Shown here piece after piece: positions 1-10,961 of a stretch of 64,000 nt of DNA. A program made the translations under genes and the position numbers. Every line of letters starts with the position of its first letter. Within the stretch, counting starts at the first letter, position 1. Origin of the DNA: Candidatus Eiseniibacteriota bacterium (GTDB lineage: Bacteria > Eisenbacteria > RBG-16-71-46); NCBI GenBank assembly GCA_963717935.1, contig CAVQXP010000004.1:1408001-1472000 (forward strand), read 5' to 3'. Under the pieces are notes generated by a model that searched no databases, had not been told where the DNA came from, and was given only the letters and a program-made list of their open reading frames with translations.

Positions 1-95
1 GGGCGCGACCCGTGCCGGGGCCTGTATCTGCTCCGCCTCCGCCACGGGGAGCACGCAGCCGTCCGAATGGTGACCGTCGCTCGGCAGAGGATCGG

Positions 96-1931
96 CTAGC
101 CTGACGGCTGATGATCCGGATGTCCCGTCTCGAAACGTCGCCGGGCGTAGGCCACCATGATGTCCCGTCGGGAGAGAAGCCCCAGCACGCGCGGCGCGTC
201 CCCGGGCTCGACGACCGGGAGTTCCTCCACGCTCAGAGACATGAGTCGTTGCAGCGCCGTGTCGAGATCGTCATCCGGCGACAGCGTCGCCAGCGGACGG
301 GAAGCCAGATCGTGGGCGATGACCGGCACGGTCTCGTCGTGCTCGTCGAGGAACTGACGGACCTGGGCGAGCGTGATGAGCCCGGTCATCTGTCCCTTCT
401 TATCGACCACCGGGAAGCAGTGCTGCGAGGAGCGCATGCAGGCCTGGATCACGTCGCGCAGCGAGTCGGTCTGCTGCAGGGAATGGAGCGGCCGGTCGCC
501 CAGCACGTCCTGCACGTGGATGGCCTGCAGGATCCCGCCGAGGATCGCACCGCGATGTGCCGGTGAATCCAGCCTGGATGGGACCTGGCTGCGATAGAGG
601 GTCCAGCGCCGGGCGAGCAGGTAGGAGAGGGAGCAGACCCACAGCGCCGGAAGCAGGAGCTGATAGTTCCCCGTCATCTCGGAGACCATGACGAGGGTCG
701 AGATGGGCGTGCTCGCGGCTGCGGAGAAGAACCCCGCCATCCCCACGGCCACGAAGGCGCCGGGCTGCGTGACGACCTCGGGCATCAGCTGCTGCGCGAC
801 GAGCCCGGCAGCGCCACCGAGCGCCCCACCGATCACCATGGAAGGCCCGAAGACGCCGCCCGACCCCCCGGAGCCGATCGAGAAGGAGGTGGTGAGGATC
901 TTTCCACCGGCCAGCACCAGCAGCAGGACGATGGGGAGCTCGCCCCGCAGCGCGTGCTGGATGGAGCCGTACCCGAAGGAAAGCACGTCCAGCGTGCGCG
1001 AGTCTCTCAGAGTGTAGTAGGCCACCAGGGCGAGTCCCCCGGTGAGGAGGCCGCCCAGCGCGGGCTTCAGGGCGCGGGGGATGTCGAGACGCTTGAAGAA
1101 GGCGTGTACGCCATAGAATGCCTTCACGAACACGATCGCACCCAGGGCCACCACGACCGCGAGGCCGGTGTAGGGGATCAGTTCGGCCGCGGAGTGGAAC
1201 GCGAAGTGCGGCGTCTCGAAGAGCGGAGCGAAGCCGAACTTCAACGAGAACACGCAATACGCGATGATCGTCGAGATGGCGGCCGGGATGATGACGTCCG
1301 GCTCGAACTCGGGATCGGAATAGAGGACCTCGGCGGCGAACAACGCGCCCGCCAGAGGCGCGCGGAAGATGCTCCCGACGCCCGCGCCCACGCCGGCCGC
1401 GAGCAGGATCCGCCGGTCCCGCTCGCTGAGCCCGAGTCTCGTGGCGAGGAACGACCCGAAGCCGGCGCCGATCTGAGCGATCGGCCCTTCGCGCCCCCCC
1501 GAGCCCCCCGAGCCGAGGGTGATCGCCGAGGCGATGGTCTTGACGATTGGCACGCGCGCGCGGATGACGCCTCCGCGGCGGTGAAAGGCGTCCACGGCCT
1601 CGTCGGTCCCGTGGCCCGCGGCCTCGGGGGCGAAGCGCTGGACGATGATGCCGGTCAGGAGCCCTCCCAGGGTGGTGACGACGGGCAGCATCCATGGGCG
1701 GAAGGGCGTCGCCGTCACGGAGAAGAGCGCCAGCTCGCCCGCTGGACCACCGAGTCGTGCCCCGGCGAGCCGATCCAGAAAGAGGTGCTGGGCGCCCTGG
1801 CAGAGGACCTGAAAGACGATGGCCCCGCTTCCGGCCACCACTCCCACGAGCGAGCTGAGGGCCACCGCGCGTCCGACCGCGTTCAGTCCCCACCTCTCGG
1901 TGTGTCGAGCGATGTGTCGGAGCGGGCTCAC
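96..1931 (-). CDS. ClC-family chloride/H+ transporter with C-terminal CBS pair
   Basis: 611-aa ORF; GSGGREGP (gating Glu), FRAPLAGALFAAEVL, GGSGGVFGP, many TM helices, two CBS repeats (CFPVVD...GLIT; ELPVVE...GLLSRRD). Confidence 0.93.
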   Translation of the reverse strand: MSPLRHIARHTERWGLNAVGRAVALSSLVGVVAGSGAIVFQVLCQGAQHLFLDRLAGARLGGPAGELALFSVTATPFRPWMLPVVTTLGGLLTGIIVQRFAPEAAGHGTDEAVDAFHRRGGVIRARVPIVKTIASAITLGSGGSGGREGPIAQIGAGFGSFLATRLGLSERDRRILLAAGVGAGVGSIFRAPLAGALFAAEVLYSDPEFEPDVIIPAAISTIIAYCVFSLKFGFAPLFETPHFAFHSAAELIPYTGLAVVVALGAIVFVKAFYGVHAFFKRLDIPRALKPALGGLLTGGLALVAYYTLRDSRTLDVLSFGYGSIQHALRGELPIVLLLVLAGGKILTTSFSIGSGGSGGVFGPSMVIGGALGGAAGLVAQQLMPEVVTQPGAFVAVGMAGFFSAAASTPISTLVMVSEMTGNYQLLLPALWVCSLSYLLARRWTLYRSQVPSRLDSPAHRGAILGGILQAIHVQDVLGDRPLHSLQQTDSLRDVIQACMRSSQHCFPVVDKKGQMTGLITLAQVRQFLDEHDETVPVIAHDLASRPLATLSPDDDLDTALQRLMSLSVEELPVVEPGDAPRVLGLLSRRDIMVAYARRRFETGHPDHQPSG

Positions 1932-2080
1932 ACCTGATTTCCTGGATGGGGCGACCGAGGCTGTGCCAGGCCGGGGCCGGTCCTGACGTGCTCAAGGAAT
2001 GGACGATTCTCGCCGTTCAGCACGGGTCTGGGCCCTCACCTGAGCAGGATGCGTCCTCCAATCTTGCGGACCACCGCAGG

Positions 2081-3339
2081 CTATCTGTCGTGGTTCGTGC
2101 CTCCCCGCTCCAACACGTGCGCGAAGATCGCCAGGTAGTCGCGTATCTCGCGAGGATGGAGGAAGTTGTCCCGCACGTGCTCGCGTCCCTCGCGCCCGAG
2201 TCTGCGGCGCAACGTGGGGTCTCGCAGCAGCCGGGTGATCTGGAACGCGCAGCCCTTCGATCGAGCGGACGAGCATGCCCGTCCGCTCGTGGATCACCTG
2301 CAGGGGAATGCCCCCGACGGCGCTCGCCACGACGGCGCGGCGCTTCCACAGCGCCTCCGAGACGGTCAGGGCGAATCCCTCGCGCAGCGACTTCTGCACC
2401 ACCACGGCCGAGCGTCGCTGCAGGGCGTTGATGATCCGGTGCGCGTCGGGTGGCAGCGCCAGGATCGAGATGTCCTTGCGCCCGCCCGCCTTCTCCTGCG
2501 TCTCGGCCAGCACCGCCGCGCCCTCGGGGTCGTCGTCCGCGGTGCCCCCGGCGAGCACGAGGTGCGCCTTCTCACGACGGCGCGCCAGCAGGAACGCCTC
2601 GATGACGCCGATCGGGTCCTTGAGACGGTCGAAGCGCGAGACCTGCGTGACGAGGGGCGTCTCCTGCGGCAGGTCGAACGGTTCGAGGAGGGCCTCGAAC
2701 TCGGACTCGGTGAGCTCACAGTTCTTGTCCGAGAGCGGGTCGATGGAGGGTGGCGCGAGGTAGCCCGGCGTGGGCAAGGGGGGGACGAAGGTCACGTGCG
2801 AGAAGACGGCCGCGTCGTAATGGCCGACGGCGGGGTCACGATGAAGTCGAGCACGTCCCGGTTGGCCCGCGAGAGATCGATGTGACAGCGCCAGACCCAG
2901 TGCTGGCCGGGACGGCGGCGCAACTCGGCGAGCGCGGCCGGCTGGGGGTCGTGCACGAGGACCAGATCGGCGTCCAGCGGCCAGCGTCTCCGCCGCCTGC
3001 CGGTTCATCTCGAGGAAGTAGTCGTAGTCGTCCCGCGTGATCGTGCCCGGCCCGCCGTGCAGCGTGTTGTGGATCGTCTTGGTGATGTCGTAGAAGCGTG
3101 CGTCGCCGGGCATCACCTCCCAGGTCGTGGGGATCGCCCAGCTCGTTCAGCAGCGGCACCAGGCGGTGCAGGATCTCGGCCACGCCGCCGCCGGTGGCAG
3201 TGGCGTTGACCATCGCGATGCGGTGTCCTCGGAGCGCGCGAGCGAGCGATTCCAGTGCACGCATGGCGCCGTCGCCGACCACCGCTCGATAGCCGTCCAC
3301 GAGCGAGGTGCCGTCGGAGCGGACGTCGACCAGGCTCAT
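2081..3339 (-). CDS. treT: Trehalose synthase TreT-like GT4 glycosyltransferase (copy 1; several apparent frameshifts)
   Basis: Pieces in different frames join to VNATATGGGVAEIL, TKTIHNTLHG, PSIDPLSDKN, QVSRFDRLKDP, QKSLREGFALTVSEALWK, ending ...RDYLAIFAHVLERGGTNHDR* at 2081. Confidence 0.85.
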
Positions 3340-4099
3340 GACACCTCCTCCGGGCGTGTGACGCGCCGCAGAGCCGCGCCATGGCCCGGCGACCGGCCTC
3401 ACGGCGCGCGTCTTCCGGCGACGCCGCCGCTTCCGTGACCCGCCTGGCCGATGCGGCTCTGCCGCCAGCGCCGGTGGAGCTGTGCCGCGAGCCTTCTCGA
3501 TGGGCAGACCCGAGCTCGCCGCATCCCGCAGCCACTTCGCCAGGCGGCGATCTCCCGTGACCAGGAGCCAGTCCAGCAGGGACGCGCGGCCCCTCCTGGA
3601 GCCACGGCTCCTCGACGAGGTGGAAGAACCACACGCCCGCGTCGGCCTCCAGCAGCGCTTCCACCAGCTCCTGGCCGTCCCGTACGCAGGACGCCGGTCG
3701 AGAAGCTCGACCGAGGTCGCTGACAGGAACAGGAAGCGACTCTCCTCGGGCGCATCGCGGTCCCGGCGGCGGCTTGCAGGCAGCGCGTCGAGCACCTCGA
3801 GCAGCGCGGCGCCGACGGCGCGTCGGCGAGGCGTGCCGGCTCTGCACGGCGAAGGACGATCCGCTCGGCCGTCTCGGCGTCCTGCACGACGCCGCCGATC
3901 CAGGCGCTGAAGTCGTCCGGAGGCAGCTCGCCGGCGCCCGGGATGGCGCAGCTGATACTGGACGGTGTGGTCGGAAGAGCACCTCGTCCGGCGCCGACGC
4001 GATGCCGTCACGCAGCTGGTCCAGGTCGCGGGCCGGGTCTCCCCACGGCTGGATCAGGTGAGTGACCGCCCTGAGCTCGAATGAAGTCGCGTCCAGCAT
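3336..4099 (-). CDS. DUF5752-family protein (frameshifted)
   Basis: MLDATSFELRAVTHLIQPWGDPARDLDQLRDGI...DDFSAWIGGVVQDAETAER...VWFFHLVEE resembles the DUF5752 pattern usually found beside treT; ATGA overlap with treT. Confidence 0.7.
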
Positions 4100-4807
4100 C
4101 AGTCACTGGCCTCTTCGGCCGCTCCTCGTCGAGCGAGCGCAGGTACTCGACCACGAAGTCCCGGGTGAGCTCGCGGCACCCGAGCCCGAACGCGAGGGCG
4201 AGGCCAAGACCTGCGGCGGCCACGGCGACGATGCCCAGAGCCATGACGAACTGGGCCGCGAAGCCGAGCTGCTCGAGCGCCAGCAGGGCGGCGAAGCCGA
4301 TGAGGATCACGGAGACGACCTGGCCCTGGAGCCTGGCGGCGCGGATGCCGGCGGTCTCGAGAAAGCGCTGCGTGACGCTTCCCAGCAGCATGGCGACCAG
4401 GGAGCCGACCGCGAACAGCACGGCGGAGGTCACGATCCGAGGGACGACCTCGTTGAGGCGGTCACCCACCGAGGCAGCGAGGTTGAACCCGAGCATCTCG
4501 AGGGCGAGCAGGGCCGTGGAGGCGATGACGAGCCAGTAGATCGGCCCAGGCGGCCACTCCCGCGGGCTCGTGGCGGGCCGTCGCGCGCTCGCCGATCAGC
4601 CAGCGGACGCCTTCGTCGAACTGAGGGCGCGCAGGACAGCCGACGCAGGAGACGGTCGACGAGGGTCGCGAGCGCCCAGCCCACGAACATCACGACGACC
4701 GCGATCAGGAGACCGAGCGCCCCTCGCTCGGCACCGCGACCCAACTCGCCCAACCGGGCGAGGACGCCCGACCATGGTTCCACGTGAAGGACAACCAGGG
4801 TCCACAT
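4099..4807 (-). CDS. CmpX-like / MscS TM-helix-repeat membrane protein (copy 1; frameshifted, end approximate)
   Basis: VVPRIVTSAVLFAVG, ALLALEQLGFA and LGLALAFGLGCRE motifs; SD GGAGG before the ATG at 4807; TGATG overlap with the next gene is likely. Confidence 0.7.
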
Positions 4808-4838
4808 AGAATCACCTCCTGCGATTGCGTCCGGGGCC

Positions 4839-6458
4839 TCAGCCGGACGGCGGTCCGCCCTCGGTGGCAGGACTTGCCGCCGGAGCGTTCCTGGGTGGGA
4901 GTTCTGAGGTTCAGACCGACGATGGTGTCGAGCACGTCGAGCATCCAATCGAAGATGTTGCGGCGCAGGACGGTCTCGCGAAGCGCGCGCCATGCGTTCG
5001 CGTCGCGCGCTCGGGAGCGGCGGAGAGAGCGGCGTGATACGCGTCGGCGAGGCCCTCGCGGTCGTAGGGCGAGAGCGATCCAGGCGCGTTCGAGCTCGCG
5101 GGCCGCACCGGTGAAGGGGGACAAGCACCAGGGCGCCCTCGAGATCGGGCGAGGCGGCGATGTACTCCTTGGCGACGAGATTCATGCCGTCGTGGAGGGA
5201 CGTGACCGTGCACAGGTCCGCCATCCGATAGTAGGGGACCAGCTCGCGGAAGTCGAGATTGGCCTCGATCAGATGCACCGTGGGGCCCGCCGCCCGCGGG
5301 AAGCGGCGGTTGATGTTCTCGGCCCAGCGCCGCACACGTGCCTGCACGTTGCGGTATTCACGCAACTCGATGCGGGAGGGCACGCCGATCTGGATGAAGG
5401 CGAAGCGCCCCTGCCACTCGGGTGCTTCTCGAACAGGCGCTCGAGCGCTTCGAAGCGCTCGGCGATGCCCTTGGTGTAGTCGAGGCGGTCCACGCCGAGG
5501 CCGACCTTGCAGCCCGTCCAGGCCCAGCCGCCCGCGGAGGTCGGCTCTCGGCCCGTCGGGTCTCCGGCGGCCTCCGCGAGCGTGGCGATCTCCTCCGCGT
5601 CCACGCTGATGGCGAACGGCTGAACCCAGGTGCGCCTGCCGGCGCGGTCGACGGCGAATCGCTCGAGGTCCACGCGGGCCTCGAAGCGTCTCCGCGACCG
5701 TGTCCAGGAAGTTCATGCGCATGTCGGCGGATGTGGAACCCCACCACGTCGTTCGCCAGCATCCCCTCGAGGATCTCCTCCTTCCAGGGCAGCACGCGGA
5801 ACACCTCGGGGTTCGGCCACGGGATGTGCCAGAACATCGCCACCTGAAGGTCCGGTCGCCGTTCCTTGATGAAACGGGCCGCCAGCGCCAGGTGGTAGTC
5901 CTGGATGAAGATCAGGGCCGGCTCATCCTCCACCTCCTCGAGCACCGCCGCGGCGAAACGCCGGTTGACCTCGCAGTAGGACTGCCAATCAGCCAGGTGG
6001 AAGCGTGGCCGGACGTACACCACGTGGCACAGCGGCCAGAGGGCGCTGTTGGCGAAACCAGAGTAGTAGCGGGCGTGGTCCTCATGGGTGAGCCACAGAC
6101 GTCGCAGTGTGTAGCGTGGTCGATCCGGCGGACAGGCCACGCGGTCGTGAGCATCGACGACGTCCCGGTCGGCGTCACCGCTGCCGTGGGCCACCCATGC
6201 TGCCGCCGAGCGCCTGCATGACCGCATCGAGTGCCACCGTGAGGCCGCCGGCGTTGCGGATCGTGTGGATGCGGTCGCCGTGGTGGACGTGGGAGTACGG
6301 CTCCCGGTTCGAGACGACGACCAGCTTGCGGTCGGGCAGGTGGGCCCGTGCCCAATCGACGAGCTCGCCCGGGTCGTGCGGGGGGGACCTTCGCTGCGCT
6401 GCTGGCTGCGGATCGCAGCCCGGCTCAGCGCGGATCGGGTACGGGCTCTGATGCTCAT
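4839..6458 (-). CDS. otsA: Trehalose-6-phosphate synthase (GT20; several apparent frameshifts, end approximate)
   Basis: VVSNREPY, AGGLTVAL, YYSGFANSALWPLCH, IQDYHL, FWHIPWP, VDRLDYTKGI, SLHDGMNLVAKEY and SPFTGAAREL motifs spread over three frames; ATGA overlap with otsB. Confidence 0.92.
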
Positions 6459-7312
6459 GCGCGCCTCCGCGGCGGGAATCGATCGGCCCCACCACCGGCG
6501 GCCCCTGCTACACGCAGCCATTCCTCGAGGAAGTCGGCGACCGAAGCGCAGGTTGGAAGGTGCGCAGCGGCGACCGTCCGTCGATCGCTCTCACCGACAC
6601 GCACGCCGAAACCGAATCCCTGGACGGCCTCGAACGCGTCCTCGTCCGTGACATCGTCTCCCAGGAAGACCGCGAGTGTGTCTTCGGGAGACTGCGAGAC
6701 GAGCGAGAGAACGGCCGTGCCCTTGTTCCAGCCGCACACACGCAACTCGATGCCTCCGTCGATTCGCTGGAGACGGACCTTCTCCTCCCCCTCGGCCAGG
6801 GTCTGCCACGCGGTCCACGTCTGGTCCTCCAGCTCGCGTGCGAGTCCCCCCCCCGCGACGCCCCGGGTATGGAGCACAAGCCCCGTACGCTTCCGCTCGA
6901 GGAGTCCTCCCATCCCCCTGTCACGAGCCGTCCGCTCGGCGCGATCCAGGATCTCCACCGATGCCGCTGAGACCGGATGCTGCAGGACCGAACCATCCCT
7001 CTGCCGCATCTCCCATCCATGCTCTCCCACCAGCGTGACGGGGAGTGGCCCCAGCAGTCGTCCCACCTCGCTCAGGGACCGGCCCGACACGACCGCCACG
7101 CTCGTATGGGGCTCCGCGGCGATCGCGCCCACCAACTCAAGAGAGCGTGGCAGCGGGAGTGCCAGTTCACGGGTCACATGGAATGGGGCCAGAGTCCCAT
7201 CGTAGTCCAGCATCAGCAGCCGGTGATGGGCCAGCGAAACCAGCCGCCAGAGTCGTCGCGGGACCCCGGTCAGCAGATGCGGCTGCTGTACGCGCTTTGC
7301 CATGACAGACAT
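6455..7312 (-). CDS. otsB: Trehalose-6-phosphate phosphatase (HAD IIB), copy 1
   Basis: LDYDGTLAPF, VVSGR, GEHGWE, NKGTAV, LGDDVTDEDAF; directly upstream of otsA. Confidence 0.92.
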   Translation of the reverse strand: MSVMAKRVQQPHLLTGVPRRLWRLVSLAHHRLLMLDYDGTLAPFHVTRELALPLPRSLELVGAIAAEPHTSVAVVSGRSLSEVGRLLGPLPVTLVGEHGWEMRQRDGSVLQHPVSAASVEILDRAERTARDRGMGGLLERKRTGLVLHTRGVAGGGLARELEDQTWTAWQTLAEGEEKVRLQRIDGGIELRVCGWNKGTAVLSLVSQSPEDTLAVFLGDDVTDEDAFEAVQGFGFGVRVGESDRRTVAAAHLPTCASVADFLEEWLRVAGAAGGGADRFPPRRRA

Positions 7313-7334
7313 CCGCCCGGCGCCGCCGCGCCGC

Positions 7335-7916
7335 CTACTTCAGTCCCGTTGGGACCGGCATCTTCATCTCGGTCATGAGATCGACCGCGCTGGCCTTCAC
7401 TCCGCGGGCCCTGGTGACGGCCTCGGCCAGCTTGCCGTCCTTCATGGCGGTTGTCGCCTCGCCCCACCTGGTCTTCATGTCCGCCAGGGTGGTCTGGGCG
7501 ATGGCGAAGCCCGCCCTGTTCATCCCGGCCGGCGGCCTCGCCATCGCGCCCATCCTCTTGTCGAGCGAGGCCACCGCGCTCGGCAGGGTCGCATTGAGGC
7601 TTTTCCAGGCCGCCTGCAACTCCCCCGCCCTGGCGTACAGACCCTCATCCAACTCCTTCACCTTCGCCGGGAGGTCCCTGGTCGCCTCGAGAGCCGCCTT
7701 GGGATCGCCCTTCTCCACGTCCGCCCTGGCGGTGGCGATCGCGTCCTCGATCATCCTCGCTTGATCGGGCGCGACATTCATCGCCTCGTCCCGGATCTCG
7801 TCGTAGGCGGCCTGCGCCGCCGAAATCGACGCTTCCGCCGCCTTCCTCTGCGTGCCACAAGCGGGGAGGAGCAGCATCACCATCAGCGTCAGCACACTGT
7901 ACGCGAACCGGCTCAT
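7335..7916 (-). CDS. Hypothetical alpha-helical lipoprotein
   Basis: 193 aa from the ATG at 7916 with SD AAGGAG; signal peptide with lipobox LPAC; Ala-rich coiled-coil-like body. Confidence 0.75.
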   Translation of the reverse strand: MSRFAYSVLTLMVMLLLPACGTQRKAAEASISAAQAAYDEIRDEAMNVAPDQARMIEDAIATARADVEKGDPKAALEATRDLPAKVKELDEGLYARAGELQAAWKSLNATLPSAVASLDKRMGAMARPPAGMNRAGFAIAQTTLADMKTRWGEATTAMKDGKLAEAVTRARGVKASAVDLMTEMKMPVPTGLK

Positions 7917-8404
7917 CTCCAGGCTCCTTTCCACTGCGGATGCACACCTGTGACGTCCGCTCGGGACGACCGGGGTCCTATCGCAGGGCCAGATGGGCGC
8001 GGCGGTTCCTCGCCCATGTGAATTCGTCGTGGGCACCCCCGAAGGGCCGTTCCCTGCCATGGGAAACGATCTGGATCCGCGGGCCGCCGCATCGGCGGCA
8101 ACGAGGGCCGCCCGGGCTCGCCTTTCTCCAGGCGCCGGATTGTACTCGACCGTGCCCCGCTCATCACAATGCCCCGATCGTGATCCGCGCTTCGGCGTGC
8201 TCGCGCAAGAGCTTGGCGTCCCGGCCGAGCGCCGCCCGCGCGTCGCCGCACAGCCCGACGGCGGATGCCGGGCAAGCACAGGCCGGGGCCCCGCCGTGTC
8301 GAAGCCGTCACGCGAGTCTCTCCATCCGCGAGCCGCTCGCTCGGCCGGGGGGCGCTGCGGGAGAACTAGACGGCCCCGCGGGATTGCGCTACAAGTGCGC
8401 GGTC

Positions 8405-9733
8405 ATGGGACCCCGCGTGCTCAGGAGCCACCTCGCGTTGCCGGTCATCCTCGGGACGGTGCTCGCCTCGGGAGCCGCTCATGCGGCCGCCCAGTCCCAT
8501 GGCCCCGACTTGCCGCCGGTCCTGGCGGCGCTGGTTCTGATCCTCCTCGGTGCGAAGCTTGGCGGCGTGCTCGTTGCCCGACTCGGCCAGCCGGCCGTGT
8601 TGGGGGAGTTGGTCGTGGGCGTCCTCCTCGGCAATCTCGGTCTCCTCGGCTTCCACGGCCTGGAATCGATCAAGGAACTCGCCGCGATCGATCTGTTGGC
8701 CCAGATCGGTGTTCTCTTCCTGCTCTTCGCCGCCGGTCTCGAGTCCGACGTGGGGGAGATGGCGGCGGTCGGCGCGTCCTCGCTGCTGGTGGCCGTCGTC
8801 GGTGTCATCGTACCCATCGCCCTGGGCTTCCTGTGCTCGGCCTGGTTCTTCCCGGGCCACAACCTGCTCAGCCACTGGTTCGTGGGAGCTGCGCTCTGCG
8901 CCACGAGCGTGGGGATCACCGCACGGGTCCTTGCCGACCTCAAGCGCACGAGGAGCAAGGAGGGCCGGATCATCCTTGGTGCGGCGGTCATCGACGACGT
9001 GCTCGGCCTGATCGTGCTCGCGGTCGTCGCGGGTGTCATCAAGGCTGCCGACGCGGGACAGGTGTTCCGCGCCTCCACCGTGCTCTGGATCGTCGCGAAG
9101 GCACTCCTCTTTCTTGCGGGGGCGATCCTGATCGGCCGGTGGCTCTCGCCGCACGCCTTCAGACTGGCCACGCGCCTCAGGGGGGAGGGCTTGCTCCTCA
9201 CGGGAGCGCTGGGTTTCTGCTTCGGTCTGGCCTACCTCGCGGGCCTGGCAGGGCTGGCCCCGATTGTCGGTGCCTTCGCAGCCGGACTCATCCTCGACGA
9301 GGTGCACTACCGGGACCTGCTTGACCAGGACAATGCGCGGCGCGCCGTCCCCGAACTGCTCGAGCCCATCACGACGTTCTTCGTGCCGGTGTTCTTCGTC
9401 CTGATGGGCATGCGGGTGGATCTCTCGGTCTTCGGAGTGCCGGGGGTGGTGGGCTTCGCCGCGACGCTGACCGCAGCCGCCGTGGTGGCAAAACAGGCGT
9501 GTGGACTCGGGGTGCTCGAAAGGGGCGTGGACAAGATCGCGGTCGGGCTGGGGATGATCCCGCGAGGCGAGGTCGGTCTCATCTTCGCGGGGATCGGCTC
9601 GACGCTCACGATCGCGGGCGTGCGGGTCGTGGATGACGCGGTCTTCTCGGCCGTCGTGGCGATGGTGGCGCTCACCACTCTCGTGACCCCGCCGTTGCTC
9701 GCGTGGCGGCTCCGGCGCACGGGCGCTGCATGA
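8405..9733 (+). CDS. CPA2-family cation/H+ antiporter (NapA-like)
   Basis: QPAVLGE, ATSVGIT, GAAVIDDVLG (DD motif), GAFAAGL, PRGEVG; about 13 TM helices; next to nhaR. Confidence 0.92.
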   Translation: MGPRVLRSHLALPVILGTVLASGAAHAAAQSHGPDLPPVLAALVLILLGAKLGGVLVARLGQPAVLGELVVGVLLGNLGLLGFHGLESIKELAAIDLLAQIGVLFLLFAAGLESDVGEMAAVGASSLLVAVVGVIVPIALGFLCSAWFFPGHNLLSHWFVGAALCATSVGITARVLADLKRTRSKEGRIILGAAVIDDVLGLIVLAVVAGVIKAADAGQVFRASTVLWIVAKALLFLAGAILIGRWLSPHAFRLATRLRGEGLLLTGALGFCFGLAYLAGLAGLAPIVGAFAAGLILDEVHYRDLLDQDNARRAVPELLEPITTFFVPVFFVLMGMRVDLSVFGVPGVVGFAATLTAAAVVAKQACGLGVLERGVDKIAVGLGMIPRGEVGLIFAGIGSTLTIAGVRVVDDAVFSAVVAMVALTTLVTPPLLAWRLRRTGAA

Positions 9734-9851
9734 AGGGGAGGCTGCAGCCCGCGCCCGGGGCTTCCTCCCACGACTGAGGGGGGCGGGAGGAGAGCAGAAG
9801 ACGATTCCAGCCGGCGACCGGCGGTCGCCGGCGCGAGGGAGGCGCCGGTTC

Positions 9852-10754
9852 TCAGCCGAAGATCTCCCGCCGTGCTCGCTCGGTGATGGCCAGCACGGCG
9901 GGATGGCGGATCCGGCGCTCCCCGGTGATCGCGTAGAAGCGCTGCCGGATCGTGTCCACGCGGCCCACGACCTCCACCCGGTATCGCCTCCGGATCTCCC
10001 GCTCGTCGACCGAGGGCCCGGCGAACACTCCCCGCCCCGCTTCCCCAAAGAGCTTGAGCAGTGCGCTGTCGTCGATCTCGCCCATGACCTTGGGTCGTAT
10101 GCCCTGTGCAGCGAACCACTGCTCAAGAGCCCGGTAGAGCGCCGAATTCCTCCCCGGCAGCAGCACGGCCTCGCCGTTCAGAGAGGCCGGGAATCCCCTC
10201 CGAAGCCGCTGCGCGATCCTGCCAGTCGCGAAGAAGCTCGTGCCCGACTCGCCCAGCAAGTGGTTGAACAATCGCACGGAGAGACCCGGACCGGCCGGCG
10301 AATCGGAGAGGATCATGTCCAGGCCGTAGACTGCGAGTTCGGACAGGAATCCGTCGAGAGAGCGATCCTCCCGGCACACGACCCGGATGTCCTCCTGCTC
10401 CGCGAACACCGGATCGAGGATGCGTTGGACCATCGGTTTGGGCATCACGTCGAGCAGCCCGACGACGACACGTACGGGTCGCCCGGCTCTCTGACCCCGG
10501 AGTGTCTCCAGGAACTCCTGGCCGAGCGAGAAGATCTCGTCCGCATAGCGGAACGCGATCCGGCCCGCCTCCGTGAGCTCCAGTCGGCGCCCGCGTCGCG
10601 CGAAGAGCTTCTCGCCGAGCATGTCCTCGAAACGGTGGATCTGGCCGCTGAGCGTGGACTGCGCCAGCCGGAGCTGCTCGGCCGCCCGTGCGACCGTGCC
10701 CTCGCGGGCCACCATCCACACGTACAGCAGGTGCTGGTAGTTGAGTCGCTCCAT
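9852..10754 (-). CDS. nhaR: LysR-family transcriptional activator NhaR
   Basis: LNYQHLLYVWMVAREG N-terminus, GEIDDSALLKLFG and FYAITGERRIRHPAV match the NhaR subfamily pattern. Confidence 0.88.
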   Translation of the reverse strand: MERLNYQHLLYVWMVAREGTVARAAEQLRLAQSTLSGQIHRFEDMLGEKLFARRGRRLELTEAGRIAFRYADEIFSLGQEFLETLRGQRAGRPVRVVVGLLDVMPKPMVQRILDPVFAEQEDIRVVCREDRSLDGFLSELAVYGLDMILSDSPAGPGLSVRLFNHLLGESGTSFFATGRIAQRLRRGFPASLNGEAVLLPGRNSALYRALEQWFAAQGIRPKVMGEIDDSALLKLFGEAGRGVFAGPSVDEREIRRRYRVEVVGRVDTIRQRFYAITGERRIRHPAVLAITERARREIFG

Positions 10755-10767
10755 GACCGGCAGGATA

Positions 10768-10812
10768 CATCGAGCCAGACGATGGATTCCATCGAAACTT
10801 TGTACTTATCGA
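10768..10812. promoter_or_regulatory. Probable NhaR (LysR) binding site in the nhaR/hpf divergent promoter
   Basis: Dyad CATCG-N7-CGATG at 10768-10784 containing T-N11-A, followed by further ATCGA half-sites in an unusually AT-rich patch. Confidence 0.6.
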
Positions 10813-10961
10813 AGTCCCGGGAGGCCGGCACACTGGGCTCGCGAGGGGCAAGAGCGCCGCGTGCGCAACGCGCACCATCCCCCGCGCCGCCGCCTCGTGA
10901 CACGGGAGCCGGAGCGCAAGCCGATCCGGCTCCCGCGGGCGGGGACCGAAGAGGGAATCGC

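Noticed and set aside
2081..6458. Programmed frameshifting or phase variation in the ots/treT genes
   Set aside because: There are several indels per gene in both directions, with no slippery heptamers or long simple repeats. Sequencing error is more parsimonious.
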